Source: Takakia lepidozioides
Taxonomy: Eukaryota > Plantae > Bryophyta
Length of the DNA: 64,000 bases
NCBI GenBank assembly: GCA_030704615.1
Contig: CM060732.1
Location: forward strand, 61,132,001-61,196,000
Direction of reading: 5' to 3'
Shown here: positions 25,871-38,689 of the stretch, one piece after another
Position numbering within the stretch: the first letter of the stretch is position 1
Layout: the number at the start of each line of letters is the position of its first letter
Program-made: the position numbers and the translations under genes
The notes under the pieces: model-generated
What the model was told of the DNA's origin: nothing
What the model saw: only the letters and a program-made list of their open reading frames with translations
The model's database searches: none

Positions 25871-28800
25871 AGAGGGCATTACAGGTTGAAATAGGTCAAA
25901 GAAGAAGATGCCCTCACCACATTGTCCTTGAGGTTGTGTCATGACTTGACCGACCATCAACCCAAAAGGACCTCTTGTGTGCTGCTTGTGTCTGTAGTCA
26001 GGTAATGTCGGATTGGTCTGTGAGATCGAACCACCACGGTGTAGCTGAGTAGGCAGAGATTGAAACACGGCTTGCTATGACCAAGCTAACTCTCCCTAGA
26101 ACGGCAAGCTCGCAAGAATGTTGCAAGCTTCTCCTTGTCTCATCTCCTCCTCCTCTCCTCCTTCCTGCATCATTTGCTCAATGCCTCCATCCCACGCCCC
26201 TGCATATCTTGCGATCATCGCGTTCCATCCCTCAGCTACATGGTGTGGCGCAGGGAGACAAAAAAAAACGCCAAGTCCCAGCCCTCCTCTGTGTTCACGA
26301 TTACCCTAATGGGCAACCTTATTAGCAACTTTTTGACTTTTTAACCTTTTGCACTTTGATTCATTCTAGGTCAGAGGCTAAAGTCCTGCTACCAGACTTG
26401 TCTAGAAAACCAAAACACCACGTAGACAAACATTTGATAATGGTAATAAAATATATTACCATTGGGCTGGTTTGAACACTTGTTAGTAAATTTAGGTTAG
26501 GATTTTTTCGAAATATTCTGGTTTTTTCTTTGATGTGTGAGATGACAAAGTCCAAGCATGTCACATAAACAAGGAGTTCGACGTAAGGATGATGCAAGTG
26601 ATTTGTGGCAAAAAGTGTAAATCATGCCTATGCCTATTTGTCCTAGTTGTGTCATAGGTTGCAACGGAACGGGGCCACCTTTGAATGCGATCCCCATGCT
26701 CATTTCACCAAAGGCATTATAGACTTCATAATGGAGAGATTGAAAATGGGGTGTATTCTTCACTTGCTAGTAGCCCATCGTGCAGATTTCTAAACATGAA
26801 CATGAAGTTCATAATCATTTTCCAAGGGCATCATTCTCAAACTCCCCATACACCACAATCAGTGGAAATAATTGTATGTTCCCATTTCACACAGGTGTGT
26901 AACATGCCATGTAAACTAAGCCAACCCCTGCCACGCTCATGGCTGTTTTCACACCGTTCTTGCCTGGGGTGTGGACCACATGTGAGACACCCCACAGTTA
27001 GGGCATATTTAGACCCACACCTTGGCTCAGTGTATAGACCCGTGATAAAAGCCGTGGAATGTGCCAGGTATGAGATGGCAGAGCCGTGGAAAAAGCCGGT
27101 TTCTTTTCTAGTGGATCGTGTACATCGACAAAATCTTGGTGTACTCGAAAACAAAGGAAGAGCACTTGGAGCACCTCAAAAGGGTGTTCCAGAAATTGCG
27201 GGAAGGGAAGCTGTATGCCAAAGCTTCAAAGTGCGAATTCGGGGTCACAAATGTGGAGTTCCTAGGGCATGTGATTACACAGGATGGGATCAAAATGGAT
27301 GACAGAAAGATGAGGGCGATCTTGGACTGGGAACCTCCAACTTCGGTCTCGGGAGTGCGATCCTTTCTAGGACTCGCCTCCTATTACCGAAAGTATGTGA
27401 GAAATTTCGCCAAGATCGCGGGGCCGCTGTCGGACCTTCTGTGTAAGTCCAAGGTGTGGGTATGGAACACCTTTTGTGGCCAAGCTTTTGCCGAGTCGAA
27501 GCAGCGGATGGCGGAAGCTCCGGTCCTAAAAATCCCGGAGTTCGACCGTCCATTTGAGATTCATACGGATGCATCGGACTTCGCAATTGGGGGTGTGCTC
27601 GTGCAGGATGGTCGTCCAGTGGCTTACGAAAGTAAGAAGCTGAATGAAGTGGAGCGAAGGTGGCCTACGCACGAGAAAGAAATGAAGGCAGTGGTGTATT
27701 GCCTTGAGCTTTGGCGCCACTATGTTGGTTCCAACCCGATGAAGGTGTTCACAGACAATGTCACGGTGAAGTATTTTGCCACACAGCCTAAGTTGTCCCA
27801 AAAACAACTTAGGTGGCAAGACACTTTGGCACTGTTCGATGTGGATATCTAATACAAACCGGGATGGGACAATGTGGTGGCCGATACTTTAAGTAGAAAG
27901 CAGCAGCTCATGTTGGTGTACAGGGGCGAGACGGCGCTCCAAATGAAGATCCGAAAGGCTTACCGGAAGGATGAGATAGCAAAGTCCGTGATGCGGGACT
28001 TGAGGATGGGGATTAAATCGCAGTTTCACTGGAAAAATGGACTGCTCCGGTACAAGCAAAGGCATCTCTATGTGCCGAAGGGAAGGATCAGAGATAGTCT
28101 CTTGAGAGAATGCCATGATGGCCCGCTTGCGAGCCACGGCGGAGCCAAGCGCACCGCGGCACTCTTGAAGAAAGAGTATTTTCTGGCCCAAACTGAGGGA
28201 GGAGGCCGAGGAGTATGTCAAGACATGCACCACGTGCCAACAAAACCGGAGCGAGTACAAAAAGCAAGCGGGGCTGTTACAACCCTTGCCGATTCCAGAG
28301 GGGTCTTGGGAAAGTGTCTCGATGGATTTCATGACTGCTATGCCGCTGTCAAAAGGATTCGATGCAATCATGGTGGTGGTGGATAGGTTCAGTAAAATGG
28401 TCCATTTCATTCCCACCAAGGAGACGGCAACGGCGCAGGAGACGGGTTTACTTTGCCCACGTCTTCAAGCATCATGGACTCCCGAAGGATATTGTCTTGG
28501 ACCGCGATCCAAAGTTTACAAGTAAATTTTGGAGGGTACTTTGGAAGAAGATGGGGACGAGGCTCAAGATGAGCACCGCCTTCCGACCTACAATGGACGG
28601 CCAAACGGTGAGGATGTGTATGAATTGGAGTTGCCGGCAAACAGCAAGGTGCATCCGGTATTCCATGTCTCTCTTTTGAAGCCTTACTTCAAAGATGAAG
28701 CGCGTTCGAATCGGCATCAAGTGTTGCGTCCGCCATCTGTGTTGTTGGATCAAGAAAATGAACTTGAGTACGAGGTGGAAGCAATGCTTAAGTCGAGGAG

Positions 28801-29490
28801 GTTCAAGAATCGAGAAACAGAGTATCTCGTGAAATGGAAGGACTATCATCAAGTAGAGGCAACTTGGGTGCGTGCCTCAGAAATGGGAACGCATCCGAGG
28901 CGGTTGCAGCTTTCGAAGGGCGACCTCAAAAGCGGAAGAAGCGTTGATGGGGACATCAACCTTGGAGCGTGGGGGAGGAAATACATGCTTAGCCCGACTT
29001 AGCTAGCTCAGGAATCCGATTGCAAAAACTTGTGTTGTACAAATTTTGTTATAAATGAAATGGTTTCCAAATGTTGTGCTTCATATTTTGTTTGGAATGG
29101 TGATGCATGGTATGGTTGGCTAGTGTGTAGAATGCATGCTAGCTTACAAAAGTGGGAGAGGTAAATTGGATTAATCATGTGTTTGCGTAGTGTCAAAATC
29201 AGGTGACTCCCTCCAAGGGGCAAAGAAACTTGCGCCTTCTTTGGGAGTTCACGTGCTAGTGCGCACTTGGCGCGTGCGCGTAATATAACTGCGCTACCGA
29301 GGGGGTTGCCTTGTAGTGCGGGCTAACGCGAAAGCTTCCGTTCACGTACTATAATCGTGTAGCCTCGAGACGAAGTCGTAGTGCGGCTTCGGCGTGCTCC
29401 CGTACCTCAGGCCAGCATTCCAAGGCGGACCCAATTGTAGTGATTGGGGTGCACGGTTGGTTCAAGGTTATCTTCCTAGTCAAAAAGGGT

Positions 29491-32400
29491 TCAAGGTGAA
29501 CCCTTGCTCAAGGCGATGCCAAAAGCGGCATCATGAGTGGTCGCAAGCAATGTTGTTGCAGTAATCCTGCAATCCTTCCCTACACACACCTTCTCAAAGA
29601 ACGAGACCATCTTCAGAAACCCAGGGGTGTCAGAAGGCTTTGCTTCAGCCGCCTTCTTCAGAGCTCTGCCCTTCAGACCCTCCATGGTCTTGATGTATGC
29701 CAACTTGGTTGCCCGTCCATCCAAAGCCACCAAGAAACTCTCATTGACACATTGAACTACTGTTTCTGGCTCCACTTTCGGCCTCTTCAACTCCATCGGC
29801 TCGAAAGGTTGCCCCCCCGGGGGGTTGAAGAGTGCCTTCTTTGCTGAGCCTGTTCTCGTCTCTCTCGTGACAACGGTGGGCACAGGGGATTTCGGCTGCG
29901 TTTCGGGGGGGGGGCTGGTTGCAAAGTCTCCATCGGAGTCTTCTTCGTCACCCTCTTCCTGCTCTTTCTATTTCTGCTTCTTCGTCTTCTTGGGTATCAC
30001 ACTGCTGTTCCTTGTCGGCGAGTCCTCTTCTTCGACCCCTTCTGTTGAGCCTGCACAGCTGCATCCACCGTCTTCTGTGCCATCTCAGCTGCCTTTCTGG
30101 ATTGTTCCAGAGCAGCAGCGTCCTTTGCCGACTCATGCCCAGCAGGGACACGTCTTTCTTTTCTCTTCTCATCCGCTTTAGCGTGCAGATCTTTCTCCGA
30201 TTCGTCATCAAATCCGCCAGACATGTCCAGGTACCACAGGCATCCAACGAGATGCGCGGCATGCCATTGTTTCTGCATGTCTGGTAGGTAGACACAACTT
30301 GGGCCCGCCACGGTCCAAGCCATGAAGAATGGTGGCTCTTGAGCCAGGGCCCCTGTCTTAAGAAGCACATATTTCATATACCTGCAAGACAGTCAGCATG
30401 CGTGAGCACAAGTTATGACCATGTATTCGCAGAGTGCAGCCGGAAAGATAAAGTGCGAATGCGGTGCCGCATTTCCCAAACAAACCTCGTAACCCAGCTT
30501 TTGCAAACAACATGAGCTGGGCTTCACCTGTACACAATTCGCATTGCAGCTTTTCCCACCCCCTCCTAGTGTGTTAATTCCACGCTCCTTCTTGTTGTCT
30601 ACAGCTCCTTGGCGAAGAGGTTGTTCTTGTACACACATCTGAAACGTGTCACATAGTCTTCCAATGTCTGTGTTCCATCCCATTTGACGTACAAGCCGAA
30701 CGAATTTGTATGCATAACGATTTGCTCCTTCGCATTCGTCATTACCTGCGTTTCCAACATGCATGTCACGTAGCAGTTCACGGAATTCATTCCAGCAAAG
30801 CAAAGCGGGGGAAGTACCTTGAATTACCTGGAACCACCAAGTCATGCGGTTGAGCCACACATCCACTGCAGGGTCGGAAACTTCGAGTGGAAAAGACCAC
30901 ATGGTCCTTATACTCTCCGATGCATTCTAGATCAACAGCCACCGTGTCTGCCATTTCCAATCCAATGTCAGGAGCAGGAGAGAAGAGTGGCTATTGCTAG
31001 GAAGGAACTTCAGTGCATTGAAACCTCACCTTCTCTTTCGCCTCCACACATGCCGTTGAGAGGTGATGCAGTTTCTCCAACTGCATGGTCGGCTGCATGG
31101 CCCGAGAATAGTGTTTTGCAATCTCGGGGATTAAGTCATTCCAAGTGTCGGATCTGCAATGGCCACCAGCTTCACAAGCTTTGACTTGTATTTGGTTCTG
31201 GACTTGACCCCGGCTTCCTTCAAGTGCTCGGTCAATGACTGCAATGCTTTTGTCTACCCCTCACTTTCCATGAAGAAACGTTTGGCATGGGCCAAATCCA
31301 TCTTGATGTTTGACTGCCAAGAAAAACATGCAGAAGCATTACATAGGATCCATGTGGAAAGATGACTAGAAATTGGGGAGGATGAGCAGAGGAAAATGGG
31401 AGGATGACTTACTTCGTATATGACCTCCACCATTCCATCCATAGTGAGGCGATACCATGTCCGGTTTGTTTTTGCCAGGGCTTTTTGAATGAGCTCGGGC
31501 TCCAGCATTTCGGCGAACATGTGCGGGTCAGTGAGACCAGTTTTCCTCACCCTGTACAACATATGTGCCATGTGGGTATGCACGTAAGCATTTTCAGTGA
31601 CCCTGCAAGGCACACTCTCTAGTTCAGTCCAATGAAGCACGGAAACAAAACTGATTGGAAACCGAAATGCGGCACCACATTTCGGATGTGCTTGGGAGGA
31701 TATGAGAATCTTACGAGTTGAGGTTCGCCATGGCATTCTTGAGCAGGGAGGAGGCTACCGCCTTCACCTTGAGGATGACACACTCCACCATGTAATGCCA
31801 GCCAATATGCTTGGAATGGTTCTGCTTGATGTACTCCCACCAGGCAAGAAGTCGGTGATTCCCGTCCCACACAAAAAACATTTTGCCCGACATATGGCCG
31901 AAGTCTGGATCACCCTTTAGCGTTGTCTCGAATTCGTCGTTGCGAGTGTGCCAGTGGGTATCCCATGCTGACAATTCATCCGCAGTGGGTCCACGAGTTT
32001 CGCCGTCTTCATTCTCAATGGAAACGTAGAAGGCTGGCGAACCTAGACGGTACCCTTCTCGAAATGCGAACTTCAGCTTATCCACATCTCCTGGAAGAGC
32101 CTGCTTGACGATGGGAAGGGAGACCATGCGACAGAGTGGAATTCGAAGAGTCCGCTGGAATACCCTGCTGCCCAGAACTCTGCCAATGCTACTGTGTGTC
32201 TCCTCCAACATTGTATCCGCTGCACTTTGGAATTCCTCTGGAGACATCTGCAGGTGGCGACAGGGGGGTGAGCAGCTGGAGCATCCCCACACTACAACAC
32301 ACCCTATGTAATTTCGACGATTTAGTTTGATGCTGGCGTTGATTGTTGTCACTTTCGACTATTCCAACCATTTTGCAGTCAAAATTTATATTAAAATATT

Positions 32401-32616
32401 CAAGGTGCATAAACATATGAACGTATGAACGAAAACGCCTTGCTGGCAACTATTGTATGAACGGATGAACGGATGATAATGCACTTGGCTCGAGTTTAGG
32501 GTTGCTAGGTCACAGTGTGCAGCCTGGCTGGGACTGAGTGTTTTTTTTTGGGTTGGCGTGGTTCGAGGGCTCCGCAGGCTTAGGGACTTTGCGTTTGTTT
32601 GTCTTTGTGCCACCAT
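29491..32616 (-). pseudogene. Multi-exon ParB/sulfiredoxin-like (DGNHR) domain gene, degraded and 3' truncated; probably TE-borne
   Basis: IPLCRMV...FFVWDGNHRLLAW (31711-32352). In-frame GT-AG introns 31714-31603 and 31412-31314, and a long intron ending ~30383. In-frame stops in later exons; acidic/basic low-complexity region 29900-30200. Confidence 0.65.
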
Positions 32617-32839
32617 CTGTGTTTTCTTAAGGTTCGCGAATCAGGATAAGCGGTTTCTAAAATACTAGTATCTTGTTGTGTGCACATGAGAGAGCGGGTG
32701 GGTGGGGGGAGGAGAGAATAGAGAGAGAGAAGTGCCGCGCAGCGAGTGTACTGTTTGTGGGATCGACCTGTATGTTTGCTCTTGTTGTATCGGCCATTGT
32801 CACGACGTGTGCTATAGGAGCTTTAGAGCGGAGACAGCA

Positions 32840-35800
32840 GGGAGTGTTCAACAGTATGGCTGAACGAGATGTGGTGTCGTGGGGTGCGATGATTGCAGGA
32901 TATGCACAGCAAGGGCGCAGGATGGAGGCTTTGCAGACATATGAGCACCTTCTTCAACACATTTCAGCCTGTTTTCCCTGTTATCAGGATTCAAAGTCAT
33001 CCCTAAATTTTCAGGTTGAATTCTGCAAGTTAGCTCGACGTTGGTGCACAAAGGTGAATGCCTGTTGGAAGCGCAAGTCAGCATAGGAACTAGTGTGAGA
33101 AGTAGGGTTAGGGTGTTTGCTGGAACAAATCTAGGCTATCATTGTCAGCTGCTAGCAGCAAGGCAATGAGGTACTATGCATGATTTGTGCAGAGGTATGG
33201 ATAGCCGAAGGAGCAGGGATAGAGTGTGGGTCCAGATTCATCCAAGAGGGCCGGATTTCAAGCTCCAGATTACCTATGAATCCCTGTGGAATGATAGCTA
33301 CAAGAAACCTGCATGCGTAGATGGTCAACTGGAAGCCGCAAAAGCAGAAGCGGCGGCACAATTGATAAAATTCAGGCACTGCTACTCAAGGCACCTTCTT
33401 CAACACATTTCACCCTGTTTTTTTCCTCTTATCAGAACCGGCCCTAAATGTCTCTTAAGGCCTTTAGCAGATGGGTTGAACAGAGTCACGTGGTTTACTT
33501 TTTCAACTTGATTTTCAGATCTTAGGGCATGCGAGAGACAGTGTCAACAATCAATCATTCTTCCTGCAAAGTCTTGGTCTGCACAATCTGAGACTTGAGA
33601 TCCTCCACAAAGGCCAGCATGTTTTAGTTGAGGATCCACCCTCTGCCATATCCTCATGAGCACAATATTTGAGCTTCCCTACCCTGGTTCGAATTGCCAT
33701 GCCCTCCTCCCTTGTCGTTAGCTCCCTGATGTGTGCATGATTTGTGCAGAGGCAGAGATAGCTGAAGGAGCAGGGATAGAGAGTAGGTCTAGATTCATCC
33801 AAAAGGGCCAGATTTCAAGCACAAGATTACTTATGATTTCCTGTAGATCAATAGCTACAAGAAACCTGCATGGATAGATGGTCAACTGTCATGCCGCAGC
33901 AGCAGCGGCACAACTGATAAAATCAGGCACTAGTAATCGAGGCACCTTCTTCACATTCACCCTATTTTTCCCTCTTATCAGAATCGGCCCTGAATTTCCA
34001 TGTTGAATTCTGCAAGTTAGCTGGTTGAGTGAATGTAGTTTGGAGTGACTTTGACATGATACTGCCATTGTGACAACAGGAAAGTATTCAAAAATACGTA
34101 ACAGAGATGAGGAGAAGTTGTGGAATGAATACTTTTCTGACTCCAGTCAATGGTGGGACACCAGGCAAAAAGGTGAATGCTTGTTAGATTACAGGAGAGT
34201 AGCAGACGCAATTCAGTATAGGAACTAGTGTAATAAGCTGAATTGGGTGTTTCCTAGAACAAATCTAGGCTGTCATTATCAGCTGCAAGGCAAGGATGTA
34301 TGCATCATTTGTGTAGAGGCATGGATAGCTGAAGGAGCGGGGATAGAGTGTGGGTCCAGATTCATCCAAGAGGGCTGGACTTCAAGCTCCAGATTAACTT
34401 GATTTCAGGTGGATCAATAGCTACAAAAAACCTGCATGTGTAGATGGTCAACTAAAGGCAGCAGCTGTAGTGGCACAGTTGATAAAATCAGGCACCTCAA
34501 CCATGACCACAACTGTTGAAATTAGTGGATCAAGAGAGGGAGTCCACAATGCCTCTTCTGGCACTTCTGGGCATGTGAAGATACTTTGTGCCGCAGGCAG
34601 ACTGACAGAGGCTCTACAGACTCTAAACCAAGGAGGCATTTCAGCAGATTCAGATATGTCTATCTGTTGCTTAAGTGCATCAAGATGGATGGTCTGGAAG
34701 CTGGAAAGCTGGTGCACACTCACATTATCCAAAGTGGATTCACACCAAATGTTTTTCTACTCAACACCCTTGTCAACATGTATGTTAAGTGCGGAAGCAT
34801 CATGGATGCTCACCAAGTGTTCAACAGAATGCCTCAATGATCTTTGATCACGTGGAATATTATGTTGGCAGGATTTACCAAGCGTAGGTGTGGTAGGAAT
34901 GCTTAGGAGACCTATGAGCAAATGTTGCGTGAAGGGGTGAAGCCCAACCACATCGCGTTTGTTTGTGTTTGCAATGCGTGTGCAAGCCTGGGAGCTCTGG
35001 AAAAGAGGGAAGAGGTCCATAGTGACATTGTCAAAGTTGGAATTGTACCAGATGTCATCCTGGAAACAGAAGCGGCAGCAGCCCAATTGATAGAACAATT
35101 CGTTGCTAATGAAGGTATTTCTTCAATACATTTCACCCTGTTTTGCCATGTTATCATAGTCGTCCCTAAATTTAGAATTCTGCAAGTTAGCTTGTTCATG
35201 ATGTGAGCTGGCATGAGTTTTATAAAGATCCTTCACGATGGTGGGACAACCGCAATCACAAGGTGTGGCTTTTCTTAATGTACGATGTGAAGAAGTTTGT
35301 CCATCCTGCAAAGGTGGGCTCTTGGCTCCTGTTAGTACCATGATTTGGTGTTCTTCCTGATGTTTACAAGGTTCTTGGGAGAGTCAGCTTGGTCTTAATA
35401 GGCCGTGTTTCAATCTCTGCCTACTCAGCTGTGCCGTGGTGGTTCTCACAGACCAATCCAACATTACCTGACTACAGACACAAACATCACACACAAGAGG
35501 TCATTTTGGGTTGATGCTCAGTCAAATCCTCCATGGGTCAAGGACAATGTGGTGAGGGCACCTTCTTCTTTGACCTGTTGCAGCCTGTTTTGCCCCCTCA
35601 TCAGACTTGGCCCTGAGATGCATATTGAATTATGTAAGTTAGCTCATTGGGTGGATCTGTGGTGGTTTGGAGTGACTTTGAACTAGTGTGATAAGTAGGG
35701 TTGGGGTGTTTGCTGGAACAATTCTAGGCTGTCATTGTCAGCTGCTAGCAGCAAGGCAAGGATGTATGCATGATTTGTGCAGAGGTATGGATAGCTGAAG

Positions 35801-36996
35801 GGGCAGCGATAGAGTGTGGGTCCAGATTCATCCAAGAGGGCTGGATTTCAAGCTCCAGATTACCTATGATTCCATGTGGATCAATAGCTACAAGAAACCT
35901 GCTGCATGGGTAGATGGTCAAGTAAAGGTAGCAGCTGCAGCGGCACAGTTGATAAAATCAGGCACCTCAACCATGACCACAACTTCTGAAAGAGGATCAA
36001 GAGAGGGAGTCCACAATGCCTCTTCTGCTGGGCATATGAAGATGCTTTGTGAGGCAGGCAGACTGACAGAGCTGGCTCTACAACTTTAAACCAACAAGGC
36101 ATTTCAACAAATTCAGATACGTCTGTCTGTCTCTTGCTTAAGTGCATCAAGATGAAAGGTCTGGAAGCTGGAAACAGGTGCATACTCACATTATCCAAAG
36201 TGGATTAACGCCAATGTGGGAACATCATGGATGCTCACCAAGTTTTCCACAGAGTGCCTCAACGATCTTGATCACGTGGAATATAATGTTGGCAGGATTT
36301 ACCAAGGATGGGTGTGGTAGGAGTGCTTTGGAAACCTATGAGCAACTGCTGCGCAAAGGGTGAAACCCAACCACATCACATTTGTTTGTGTTTGCCATGC
36401 GTGTGCAAGGCTGGGAGCTCTGGAAAAAGGGAAAGAGGTCCATGGTGACATTGTCAAAGCTGGATTTGTACGAGATGTCATTCTGAACACTACCCTGGTG
36501 GACATATATGCCAAATATGGGTGCATTAAGGATGCGAAGGGAGTTTTCAACACTATGGCTGAACGAGATGTGGTGTCATGAGATGTGGTGTCATGGAACG
36601 TGGGGGGAATGTGATGCTTGTAGGGTATGCACAGCAGGGACATGGAATGGAGGCTTTGGAGACCTATGATCAAATATTGATGGGGGAAGGGGTGAAGCCC
36701 AATCACATCATGTTGCAGCATACCGGTACTTCACAGCCATGGCGGCTCTCTCAACCCCTCCATTTTTTTTTCTTTTGGTTTTTTTGGCGCTGGGAGAGAG
36801 TAGCAGCTCTGTTGTCTCCTTCCCCTTGCTTATGCCGATCGTTAAAGTGGAAATTGTCATTCTGAACTCTGCCTTGGTGGACATGTATGCCAAATGTGGG
36901 TGCAGCAAGCCTGATGTGAAGGGAGCGTTTGACAATATGGCTGAACGAGATGTGGTATTTTGGAGTGCCATGATTGCAAGGTATGTGCAGCATGGG
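32840..36996 (+). pseudogene. Cluster of tandem, rearranged 5' PDF-PPR gene fragments
   Basis: PDF second-exon copies at ~33236, 33793, 34360, 35826. Full split PDF motif WHEFYKDPSRWWDNRNHK, intron 35263-35825, IHPRGLDFK. PLS motifs at 34586-35060 and 36030-36996. Confidence 0.85.
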
Positions 36997-38218
36997 GGGG
37001 GGGTTGTTTTTTCTTGAGCCATGAGCAGATGAGCCATGAGCCATGAACAGAGTTGCCGAACCTCTTCCATAGCAAAATCCGAAGGGACGTTGCAGGCTTG
37101 GATCCGGTTCAGGAAGTGTGCGAAGCTGATATGGGCACATACTTAATGTCTAGGATGTATAAATGCACGGTATTAGAAGGTGTACCACCTAATTCCGCGT
37201 GTCACATACACTACCAGAGTTAACCGAGGGCGGAGGAAAACGAGAAGTCGGCAGCGACTTCTGGTGCATGGTGATCAGGAAAGTCTGTGCCGATTTCTGG
37301 AACAGAAGGTGATATGGGGAAATATAACTTAAAAAGGGCTGGTGGAAGTCTGTGCCGATTTCTCCCAAAAACAGATCGTGTGCTTCAGTAAATAGAAAAA
37401 TACAAGTAGGGACCGGGAAGTCTGTGCCGACTTCTGGTCCGCAATGAAATGACATTAATTCGGAAAAAGGCAGGGACTGTACTGCTTAGAATGCAGATGT
37501 ACTCCAAAAATTCCATGCTTCAAGACAATCAGTCATATTGTTTTTTTGCTCCATCCGTTGCATGGAGCTGCACAGAAAATAAACACGAAACAAATTTTTA
37601 AATTTACATAAACGTTTAAGGGTAACAAGGTTAAGGAGTGCCCTCACTGGTAGCGTCCCCATATTCCATCTCCACATCGTCCACTACTTTTCTGATGATT
37701 TCATTGACATCATCATTGTCCTCTTTTTTTGTCGATGGATTAGAGCTCTCACTACCTAGCACAACCAGATGTTGAACCTTCCTAAACCTTTTAACCGTTC
37801 GTGCCTCACCTGGCCACATTGGCCTCTTCAACAATTTGGGGGATTCCTGCTGAGCTAGCTTTTCTGCCATCTTTACTGCATAGTCAGGAAGACAAAGAGG
37901 TTTGGGTGGGGTGAAGAGAACAACAGCTGCTTTTCGATGAAGCTCTGCCCTCTTCTCGGCAATCTATGCCTTCCTATTTTCCCTCTCCTGACATGCAGCC
38001 ATTAAGGAGGCTGCACGGCAATGAGCTGGCGTTGTTGGAGCTGGCCTCCTTGTGCAAATTGAGGGAACATCACTGCAGTAGGAAAAAAAACCATGGTCAG
38101 CCTTGCAAAGGGAACGTGTTGGCCGAGCCATGGCAAACAAGACATCACAACAAAATTGAGAAATCTGCGCCGACTATCCTGTTTTGAAGAAAGAAAACGA
38201 GAGGAACAACAAACTTAC

Positions 38219-38660
38219 TCACTCCAGTACATGGACATGCACAGGTTGGTCACCAGAATCCCGGAACCACTCATCAGGTGTCAAGTCCATTGCGGCCACG
38301 GGGTCAGAGGTAGCAGGCATCTCACATTGCAGGCCCTGCAGTTTCTCTCTTACAAGCTCTCCATCACCTTCCAAGGCCAGCAAGTGGCAACCACAAACCC
38401 GTGCAGCCACCATCGATGCGCCACAGTTTGCAGTGAGGTCGACAATCTTGCCCCCAATGTCAGTCAACATCTCCATAAAAGTCTGTAGGAACATTGGGCT
38501 TTTTTCTCTGGCACCTCTCAACCAGGTCCCATCAGCTCTTGTGTACAGCCAGTCTTTGGTGACACAATTGGGCACAATGTCGGTGTCAACCGGATTGAAG
38601 TCGAAATCCAGTTTCTTGGCATCCCGGCCAAGATTGCAAGCGTATGTCGGGCTCTTCAAT
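38219..38660 (-). pseudogene. C-terminal (motif X-I-II) half of a beta-class N4C/N6A DNA methyltransferase
   Basis: RGAREKSPMFLQTFMEMLTDIGGKIVDLTANCGASMVAARVCGCHLLALEGDGEL aligns by eye with the consensus tqKPe.Ll..li...t..GdlVlDpFaGsGtt.vaa...gR.figiE.d. Catalytic motif IV region missing, replaced by a tandem array. Confidence 0.65.
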
Positions 38661-38689
38661 AGCAAGAGGCGCTTCTCACTATGTAGACC

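Larger units (their letters stand above)
20114..27113. mobile_element. Non-autonomous CACTA (Pack-CACTA), 7,000 bp
   Basis: TIRs CACTAGAAGAGAAACCGGTTTTTTCCACGGC / GCCGTGGAAAAAGCCGGTTTCTTTTCTAGTG (31 bp, 2 mismatches); 3-bp TSD GAT (20111-20113, 27114-27116); removal restores RT DFVIVYID; no transposase inside. Confidence 0.95.
17912..28981 (+). mobile_element. Ty3/gypsy chromovirus internal region (gag-PR-RT-RH-INT-chromodomain), split by CACTA insertion
   Basis: gag KPKEPGTFEG..WLLELEQYF, knuckle CFNCGEPRH, protease [24 protein letters not shown]...DDFV|IVYIDK, RNase H IHTDASD, INT SMDFMT/DRDPKF (internal deletion near 28606), HPVFHVSLLK, chromodomain YEVEAMLKSR..EYLVKWKDY..EATW, PPT GTGGGGGAGGAA ~28969-28980. 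Confidence 0.93.

Noticed and set aside
31711-32352. Bacterial contamination or recent prokaryotic insert explaining the ParB/MTase motifs
   Set aside because: Spliceosomal GT-AG introns restore the ParB-like frame, and the MTase-bearing element is inserted with a TSD into plant PPR sequence.
38640-38660. SPTY as the catalytic SPPY motif of the methyltransferase
   Set aside because: It sits at the junction with the satellite and too close to motif X/I for a beta-class layout; probably coincidental.
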